Below are positions 54,994 through 64,000 of a DNA stretch of 64,000 bases, piece by piece. Under the pieces are notes generated by a model. That model worked only from the letters and a program-made list of their open reading frames with translations, ran no database searches and had not been told where the DNA came from. The DNA lies in contig OX597817.1 in assembly GCA_951406725.2 (NCBI GenBank), positions 175,274,001 to 175,338,000 of the forward strand, written 5' to 3'. The position numbers and the translations under genes were made by a program. The DNA is from Octopus vulgaris (lineage: Eukaryota). Position 1 is the stretch's first letter, and every line of letters begins with the position of its first letter.

Positions 54994-55057
54994 TGCAAGT
55001 TTTTTCGTTCCAACACACGATCTCAGATCAGGTCTTTTGCTATGCAATACATCTCCG

Positions 55058-55125
<68 letters not shown>

Positions 55126-55255
55126 TTATCAATATAGGGTAGCAAAAAAATTCAAGAAAAATTCAAGAAAAATTTTCTGCAACCAGCGGTCAAGTGAGAA
55201 AATAGAAATAGTCACAGACTATATAATATATTCAACAAAATATATTCGTTTGGTG

Positions 55256-55352
55256 ACTTTGCTGATGAAACAAGCCAATCGCAAACGGATTTAATTTAAT
55301 TTAATTAAGTTCGATTGAGTAAAAATTGTTGAAACCTTGCAGGGTACAAAGT
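55256..55352 (+). ncRNA. Type I hammerhead ribozyme with extended stem II
   Basis: ACTTTG-CTGATGA-AACAA..CAATCG...CGATTG..TTGTT-GAAA-CCTTGCAGGG-TA^CAAAGT. Confidence 0.88.
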
Positions 55353-55745
55353 TGAAAGGGATAAATGTTTTTATTTCTCCTTTAGCGTTCAGAATTACTA
55401 CTATTTTTGCGGTTTGAGTTTGGCTGCTCTTTTCAAGTGAGTTGAAAGACCTGTTAGGGTCATTCCTTAATACTTTGTTGAATATATTATATAGTCTGTA
55501 ACTATTTCTATTTTCTCACTTGACCGCTGGTTGCAGAAAACTTTTCTTGAATTTTTCTTGAATTTTTTTGCTACCCTATATTGATAAATTAATAATTTTT
55601 GACTAATTCTGAAATTGTATCAGCAGTTTATATTTGCTGCTGAGTAGTTGGCGCGGTTACGTTGGATTTCGAAAAATTAGGATATATACACTCGGGGCTT
55701 CAGTGGTGTCGCCTCGTGGGTATATGTTCTCCTTTTCTTTTGGTG

Positions 55746-55842
55746 ACTTTGCTGATGAAACAAGCCAATCGCAAACGGATTTAATTTAATTTAATTAAGT
55801 TCGATTGCGTAAAAGTTGTTGAAACCTTGCAGGGTACAAAGT
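55746..55842 (+). ncRNA. Type I hammerhead ribozyme, second copy
   Basis: Same as 55256-55352, with two changes in the internal loop of stem II. Confidence 0.88.
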
Positions 55843-56031
55843 TGAAAGGGATAAATGTTTTTATTTCTCCTTTAGCTTTCAGAATTATTACTATTTTTGC
55901 GGTTTGATTTTGGCTGCTCTTTTCAAGTGAGTTGAAAGACCTGTTAGGGTCATTCCTTAATACTTTGTTGTATATATATATATATATATATATACATATA
56001 TACACAAGAACTAAGGAATGAAGTAGATAAG

Positions 56032-56126
56032 ATCTGGGTTAGATATGTTTCATAGCGAGCGAGACCTCGGAAGTGGTCAATATCCAATCGAGGTGTGTAC
56101 CGGAGGCTATTCTTCAGGCCAAGGAT
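56032..56126 (-). ncRNA. Decayed hammerhead with branched stem II
   Basis: Minus strand CTGAAGA-ATAGC...ACCTCG...CGAGGT...GCTAT-GAAA-CATATC-TA. Mismatches in stems I and III. Confidence 0.5.
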
Positions 56127-56477
56127 ATCTTGACTAAATTTACATTGTTGCAAGGAGGTACATATTTACACACGGAAGAAACAATGAGACACATTCTGAT
56201 TGAATATAAACTACTATTGTCCTTGAAAGTCTTTTTTTTATATATTTGTTTCTTCCCACTCCCCGATCCCTGGTTATTATACATTAAAAATATATATTAT
56301 TTTATAAAAATATATATTATATGTTATTTATGTTTTGGTTCATGTCTATCACTGTTTGAGTTGCCTAATAGTGGTTTTATCTCTAATCTTATTTTATATA
56401 TTTATACTGTGAAATTTGATTTAATACTCAATTGAATTTTTCCCTGTAAGTTTGGAGTTACACTCCCTAATATTATA

Positions 56478-56517
<40 letters not shown>

Positions 56518-56563
56518 CAGCAGAAATTCAACAAAACCTGTTACTCGGAGTTTCACGTTCGCG

Positions 56564-56634
<71 letters not shown>

Positions 56635-56689
56635 GTATATATATGTATGTATGTATATATAAAGACACACAAACATCATTTCTTGAGTA

Positions 56690-57386
56690 ATCACCTTGGG
56701 TCAATTCCCTGAACATTTTGGGGCTGTAAGCGACGAACAGGGAGAGCTTTTCATCAAAATCTCATGATCATGGAAGAGTGCAATCAAGGGCTTCGGCACA
56801 AAAATATGATGGCAGACTGTTGTTGGAATATCAAACGAGATTGCTCTTAAGAAGACCTCAAACTTAGGGCCCACAACCGCAAATTTTTACCTGAACAAAA
56901 CTTACTTGAACTTTGCGGTCCATCCTTATCAATTGTTTTGAATTGCCTGTCATCTTTATATCGAAATATATGTTAATTTAAAGTAACAAGTATTTGTGCA
57001 TATTCACACTTGACTATTATGGATAACTGTTTCTGATTTGACAAGCGGTGACAAAGACTCAACTCCGCACAAGTGATTTTTGTTTTGCCTTTACCCAGCT
57101 TTAATGGATATTGTGATGCACTAAGCGTTTTCGTGAATACATAAAGAATATTTTTGCCAAGACTATTGTTTTGAACCTAGTTTTAAGACAGTACGAATAC
57201 AAATATCCGATATGTACCATGTCGACATTGGAGATATCCAAATTTCGCGAGAATAAAAGAAAATGTTGAATTGGAAAATAACTAGAACTTACAACGTAAA
57301 ACTAACTCCAGATTTGAATTCAGCGCACTCAGATTAGGTAAGAACAAGTGCTGGTATCAATGCAACAAGAATTTAATTCTCCAGTG
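56690..57386 (+). mobile_element. DNA transposon 3' remnant, probably Chapaev3 (CMC) type
   Basis: HLGQFPEHFGAVSDEQGE.FHQNL..MEECNQG....MMADCCWNIKR resembles the HLDFFPENLGAVSDEQGERFHQD motif. Ends CAGTG followed by TAA. The superfamily assignment is from memory. Confidence 0.65.
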
Positions 57387-58275
57387 TAATATATGTTACA
57401 TATTTGTAATATATGACATATGTAAGATACGTTTTGTATATATATTGTATGTAGGTTACATATCACAAGCTAAATATACACAGACATTACATTTATTGAT
57501 CCAATTAAGGCGTAAAGCCAGCAATTTTGATGAGAGGAGGATAGTATGAATGACACCAGTACTTGACTGATACTATATTTCATAGACGTCTGAAAGAGTC
57601 AAAGCTGATATCGTTAGAAAGTCAAAGCTGATATCGGTGGAATTTGAGCTCAGTAAGTAAACAGTCGGAAAATATAACATGGATCATAAAAATATTCTTC
57701 ATATATTATTCGATCTGTTGATTTAATCACCTCAAACTAAGGTTGTTGGTTCGATTTCATTGCGTATTTTATTTCAAGTTGGTTCAGTTTAGTCAGCTGA
57801 AAATGAGAACCAGCCAAGTTCTAGTGCAGCCCTCTATCTATCCAACTGTCACGTACGCGCTATTCTATTGGTGACGTGCGTGGGAGAGCCGAGAGGGTGA
57901 CTGCTTGCTCTCGACTACACACTCGCCCAAAAATAATTAGAAAAATTATGGCACATGCTGCCAGGGCTTACTCGCTCGTGACGTCTTTATATATGTATCG
58001 TATATACAAAATCCTTTCAACTATAGGAACAAGGCCTATTATTTTAGGGTAGGATTAAGTCGATTATATCGACCCTAGTACTTAACTGATACTTGATTTA
58101 TCGACCCCGAAAGGATGAAAAAGAAATGTCTACTTCGGCCAAATTTGAACCCAGAACGTGAAGACAGACAAAATGCTGCAAAGCATTTCGCCCGACAAAC
58201 GATTCTGCCAGCTCGATTCTGCCTTTGTGTCATATATATACATATAGATAATAGTATATACATTCTCTACGCAAT

Positions 58276-58307
<32 letters not shown>

Positions 58308-58487
58308 TATGTATATAATATCTATAAATGTATAGAAATATGCATGTATACATTATATACACAATATACATCACACACACACATATGTTTGTGTGTGTGT
58401 ATGTATATATATAAATATATATGCTTTCGGTGCGAATGATTCTTTTTATTACGGCGCCGTGATTTACAATCCTGTAAATAATAATAA

Positions 58488-58670
58488 TGGTATTTTAATA
58501 TAAGCTTAAAGATTATGGTAATCACCATGCAATCACTAAGGAAAATAGTCTAATAAAGGGGCATATAAGCCCTCAACAGAAAAAAGAGGGCTTATATGCC
58601 CCTTTGTTAGACTATTTTCCTTAGTCATTGCACGGTAATCGCCATCAGCTTTAAGCTTATATTAAAATAC

Positions 58671-58672
<2 letters not shown>
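58488..58672. repeat. Fold-back inverted repeat (about 87-bp arms, 11-nt loop)
   Basis: ...CTAAGGAAAATAGTCTAATAAAGGGGCATATAAGCCCTC aacagaaaaaa GAGGGCTTATATGCCCCTTTGTTAGACTATTTTCCTTAG... Confidence 0.92.
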
Positions 58673-58702
<30 letters not shown>

Positions 58703-58708
58703 ATATAT

Positions 58709-58775
<67 letters not shown>

Positions 58776-58836
58776 ATTTTGATTTTTGATTTTTCCAGTT
58801 TCAGCTTATGAGCTGTGGCCATGCTGGGGCACCGCC

Positions 58837-58889
<53 letters not shown>

Positions 58890-59150
58890 ACACCACATGT
58901 ATATATTTCTAAAAGTGTATAAATATATACATCTATATATCGTCTGGAAAAAAAACATAAATCCGGAAACACTACGCACTAAGATGGAGAGCAGTATATA
59001 TTAAACACCGGGAAGACCGGTTTATGGGATTATCTTAGGTTTCCCGTCCATTAAGGGTTTAGCTTTATGGCGCATCGACAGATCCTAAAATCTGTTGGCC
59101 CAAGACCTAGGGTTCCCGTAATCCCATAAATTGGCCTTCCCCATTTTTTA

Positions 59151-59233
<83 letters not shown>

Positions 59234-59269
59234 ATATATATATATATATATCTATCTATCTATCTATCA

Positions 59270-59311
<42 letters not shown>

Positions 59312-59320
59312 ATATATATA

Positions 59321-59412
<92 letters not shown>

Positions 59413-59414
59413 GG

Positions 59415-59449
<35 letters not shown>

Positions 59450-59468
59450 GATTATATGTATATGTGTA

Positions 59469-59501
<33 letters not shown>

Positions 59502-59575
59502 TGTATTTACATTTATATTCATATTTATATATATGTATGTATATGCGTGTGTGTGTATTTATGTGTGCGTGCGTG

Positions 59576-59607
<32 letters not shown>

Positions 59608-59917
59608 AAGACACCTGGCTTAGTGGTTAGGGCATTCGACTCACGATTGTAAGGTCCTGAGTTCAATTATCGGTGACGCGTTGTGTCCTTGAGCAAGACA
59701 TTTTATTTTACGTTGCTCCAGCTGGCAAAAATGAGTTGTACCTGTATTTCAAAGGGCCAGCCTTGTCCCACTCTGTGTCACGCTTAATCTCCCCGAGAAC
59801 CACGTTAAGGGTAAACGTGTCTCTGGAGTACTCAGCCAGTTGCACGTTACTTTCACGAGCAGGCTGTTCCGTTGATCTATCAGCTGGGTTCCTCGCCGTC
59901 GTAACCGACTGAGTGCC

Positions 59918-60004
<87 letters not shown>

Positions 60005-60382
60005 TATATATATATGATTATATATTACATGTATATATATATATATATATATTCTCATACTAAAGTATATACAGATTTCACATTTGATATTACTGAAGGG
60101 AAGAAGAGTTATTTATAGATGCTTATCAATACAGGATTCCATTATTCTATATTATCTAATTATATGAACTTTATTTGGAATACAAGACAATATAACGGAT
60201 TTTACATATGAATATTATGAATTATTACAGAAGACTAACCAAGGAAGTATATATGGACTTAGACTCTCATCAAAACAGTAATTTTTAATTTATTATTTTT
60301 CAAACAAACACCATTTTATAGTTTTACTTCAAACTTTTAAAAAAACTACCATTCGATATGTTATACAAAATTCAAATTTTAT

Positions 60383-60472
60383 ATCTCTGAAGAGCAGAAG
60401 AGTTGTCTATAAATGCTTATCAATATAGGATTTCATTACAGGGACAGCACTTCTGTGAAACGATCGTAAGAT
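60383..60472 (+). ncRNA. Type I hammerhead ribozyme (intact core, long stem II)
   Basis: ATCT-CTGAAGA-GCAGAAGAGTTGTC...GACAGCACTTCTGT-GAAA-CGATCG-TA^AGAT. Confidence 0.8.
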
Positions 60473-60670
60473 GCTTTAAATACTTAATTCAAAATTTTTA
60501 AACTGTCATATACATTATATATTTATACTTATACATGTTTACATATATTTTTATTCATATTTATAAGTTTAATACAACAATTATTTCACACACGGATATA
60601 TCTTTCTGAAGAATTTTCTAATATTGATTTCCTGATAATAATAATAATATATATATTTGACACACAAACT

Positions 60671-60714
60671 GCTGCATTGATAAGGGGCAACAACCCTGAA
60701 ACGTCGTCTGTAGC
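60671..60714 (+). ncRNA. Decayed minimal hammerhead
   Basis: GCTGCA-TTGATAA-GGGG caacaa CCCT-GAAA-CGTCG-TC-TGTAGC: stems retained, two core substitutions. Confidence 0.55.
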
Positions 60715-60934
60715 TGTCTGACTGGCAGGATGAAGCGGCTGACCTCCCTTGTTCGAAGGTTTATAATGGACGCAGTTTGTGTGTCAAATAGCTAGCTTAA
60801 GGCGATGGCCTCATGGAGGTAATCAGCGACAGTTTTAGTCTTATATTTATAAGACTGCCATATTAGTATGGCGATAACTATTAATTTCCAGTAACGCTGC
60901 CGTAATCTTTTTTAGAGAGACTTAATCATTTTAA

Positions 60935-61036
<102 letters not shown>

Positions 61037-61116
61037 TGTATGTATGTATGTATGTATGTATGTATGTATGTATGTATGTATATATAATACATATACAGAG
61101 AGAGAGAGAGAAAGAA

Positions 61117-61148
<32 letters not shown>

Positions 61149-61611
61149 TGCGGGAGAGAGAAATTTCGATGTTGTTTTTGTCTATCAAATGATTTGACCC
61201 GAGACCGTGTATTGAAACTGAAACAATTACACAATGGGAGAAGTATTTTGATTATACAACTTATGAAGCTGTTAAAACGTCTGACGAGGATATATTCGTC
61301 GCATAGCAATAACCTTGCTACTGGCATAGTTCCACTGCAATTGTTCATGACCCTGGTAAGAGCGAGTTCCTATAAAATTCATGCTTTGATACGTTTTCTC
61401 TTTCTCTCTAATAAATTTATTTACTTATTTATAATATTTCTTTTACTTGTTTCAGTCATTGTTCTGTGGCCATTCTGGGCCACTGCTTTGGAGGGTTACA
61501 GTAGAAAGAATCGATCCAAGTACTTATTTTTAAAGCGTAGTGTTTGTTCCATTGTTACAATGACGTATGCAAAACCAGTTACAGTGACGTAAACAAACTA
61601 GCCCCGGTTAA

Positions 61612-61646
<35 letters not shown>

Positions 61647-62194
61647 GCACACTCACAACGGGATTCCTTCCGTTTCCGTCTACTCACAAGGCTTTGGTCT
61701 GCCGGGGTCTATAATAGAAGACACATGCACAAGGCACCACGTGATGGAACTGAACCCAACACCATCTGTTTGGGAAGCAAACTTCTTTCCACACGTGTAC
61801 TTTTGAGCTTTCCTTTTGAGCTTAGGGACACATTTATTTGGTAATAATCAACGACAGAAGCAGTATTAATTCCGAGAGATAATATTTATCTCCACTTAAA
61901 CATGGATGTTTTATTAGAATAAACTTTACTACGGTAGTTATAAGAGAAAATCTAATATTGTGTTTATGGTGCAAAATGCACTCTTCTTTGTAGTCCCGGC
62001 GCTGGAGGTGGCGAGAATTTAACTCCACGCTACCGATCTCCCCGCTAGGACATAAACAAGTGTGCATTTTTTTACCAAAAAACCGATATGAGAGTTTCTC
62101 TCATGGTTGCTACCGCAGTAAAGTTTGTTCTTATAGAACATTCACGTTTAATAATATAGTAATAAATATTACTATATTATTATTACTTAGATTA

Positions 62195-62945
62195 CCTAGA
62201 TAAGTTCCGGCTAAAGTTGGCCCAGACCATGTCTAATTTAACAGCACCACCTAGATGAGATACACAGTCAGATCTTGGGCCCACCACAGCCCATTCGAGC
62301 AGAGAGTTGTTGTTTTCAGAGATATATCCGGGTGTGGGTGATTTGTCTGGCATTTGTTGGAGGTATTCAACTTGGGACCGTTTGAATGCCGTGAAAACAC
62401 TTTCCTCCTTTATGTGGGCTGGCACGATGTTGAAGGGAATAAAGTCAGTTGAGGTGAAATTGTACTGTTGTAGTGTTGTGATACGACACGAATATGATTT
62501 CTGTAGTGGACGGATGGCACGGGAGCCAAGTCACGGATGAATTTTTACGATGATACCTATACCATTTGGGCAACGTTGATGGAGTATTTTTCACATCATA
62601 CAGATGCTATAGCGCTCACAGCGGCGTTGGAGGGAATACAGCCGGAGCTATTTGAGTCGATCCCAATAGTCAAAGTTTGTCATGCCATCTATTTTTTTTT
62701 TTTGCGATTGTTCTCTGGGGAGCTTCAATTTAGATGATATAGAGCTCACGGAGGTGTTGGAGGGAATAAAGCCTGTGTTATTTGAGTCGATGCCAATAGT
62801 CAAGGCTTGTCATGTGTGATTGATGTCTGTGGAGCTTCAATTCTCACAATATTCTGTATCGTGTGTGTGTGGTAGTGGTAGTGGTGGTGGTAGGACGCAC
62901 AGCGAACAACAGTATTCAAGGCGAGGGCGAGCAAAAGTAGAGAAA
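62195..62945 (-). mobile_element. Decayed CR1/L2-group LINE 3' fragment
   Basis: Same tail as 22820-22880. Minus-strand ARPRLEYCCS and LQQMPDK..TPGY match the element at 21655. Confidence 0.85.
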
Positions 62946-63114
62946 AGATGTAATATATATATCTATATATATATATATATATATATATCTATATATATAT
63001 ATATATATATATTTTGCTGTATGTATGAATGTATGTATGTATGTATGTACGTATGTATATGTGTGTCTGTCGATACATGATTATATAAAATAAATCTGAC
63101 AGTCCGTCGGTTGC

Positions 63115-63209
63115 AACATTTACCATCTAACTCCTAGACCAATGGTTTCAGACTTTTATTTGCTAAAAAAGTCTGAAACCATTGGTCCAGGAGTTAGATG
63201 GTAAATGTT
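63115..63209. repeat. Fold-back palindrome containing the 3' half of a hammerhead
   Basis: Arms of about 43 bp. The right arm reads GTCT-GAAA-CCATTGG-TC-CAGGAG. Confidence 0.85.
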
Positions 63210-63308
63210 TATATTTTTTATTCCCTTCGAAACTTTATCCCTAATAGTGGTTTGGAATTTAACTGTCCTTTCTATGATGGATATCTCCTGTGTGTTTAAA
63301 TGTACACA

Positions 63309-63374
<66 letters not shown>

Positions 63375-63459
63375 GTAAATTACAGAAAAACAAAAGACGA
63401 AGACAGGTGTATAAACAACAAGCAGGTGTATTATTTTGACGCTCGGGAAAGTGAGAAAG

Positions 63460-63497
63460 TCTTTTATGTTTCGAGCCTACGCTCTTCAACAGAAAGG
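63460..63497 (-). ncRNA. Variant-core hammerhead-like motif (same family as 3662-3699)
   Basis: Minus strand CTTT-CTGTTGA-A-GAGC gtag GCTC-GAAA-CA-TA-AAAG. Confidence 0.45.
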
Positions 63498-63750
63498 AAC
63501 ACGAGGAAATAAACTGAGACAAAATATTAAAAACCTGTGGATTTAGTGATCGATCATGGTGACTGGTTTGCTATATAATAGGTTAGAGGTAATCGGCTCA
63601 CTGTCGTAAGGCCATGAGTTCGATTCCCAGGCGGCGCGTTGTGTTCTTGAGCAAAACAATTTATTTCACATTACTCCAGTACACTCAGCTGTCAAAAATG
63701 AGTTGTACCTGTGTCACCGCGCTGAATCTCCCTCAGAAATACGTTGAGGG

Positions 63751-63871
<121 letters not shown>

Positions 63872-63938
63872 AACATACACACACACACACATATATAATT
63901 TAGAAACTTTAAGACAACAAAATAATTCTTTTCCGGAA

Positions 63939-63990
63939 CATACATATTGTTGCATATCTAGACATGTCTAGATATGCAACAATATGTATG
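63939..63990. repeat. Perfect 52-bp palindrome
   Basis: CATACATATTGTTGCATATCTAGACA|TGTCTAGATATGCAACAATATGTATG. Confidence 0.97.
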
Positions 63991-64000
63991 ACAATGCATA

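Larger units (their letters stand above)
55124..55970 (+). mobile_element. Retrozyme / Penelope pseudo-LTR-like element: 490-bp period, about 1.5 units plus an inverted 5' segment, within (TA)n
   Basis: Direct repeat 55249-55480 / 55739-55970. 55124-55245 is the reverse complement of 55469-55589. Two intact hammerheads. Confidence 0.87.

Noticed and set aside
57820-57990. Promoter-like cluster (ATTGG, TGACGT, CpGs)
   Set aside because: Short motifs occur by chance or within repeats; no linked exon was found.

Overview
Eukaryotic, AT-rich, microsatellite-saturated genomic DNA. The tRNA-derived SINE families and the (TA)n/(CA)n/(AAT)n density suggest an octopod cephalopod; this is an inference from repeat content. 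One host gene is supportable: a minus-strand, multi-exon, probably secreted von Willebrand factor A (VWA) protein. Its exons are about 36139-36166, 26605-27159, 18416-18652 and 9057-9649, with compatible splice phases, giving VWA with intact MIDAS, a Thr-rich linker and a degenerate VWA. The first exon was not located. The rest is mostly decayed mobile DNA: Gypsy, mariner/Tc1, CR1-type and RLE-type LINEs, Penelope-like elements, Helitrons, a Chapaev-like fragment, MITEs and SINEs. Most ORFs in the track are microsatellite artefacts. The most notable signal is invisible to the ORF track: many type I hammerhead ribozyme (HHR) motifs. Two non-coding tandem elements each carry two intact HHRs, one with a 353-nt monomer (37712-38426, minus strand) and one with a 490-nt monomer (55124-55970, plus strand). 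Both look like retrozyme / Penelope pseudo-LTR elements able to release unit-length, circularisable RNAs. About ten further intact or decayed HHRs and about a dozen fold-back palindromes next to (TA)n tracts accompany them. All structures were read by eye; no folding or database search was run.
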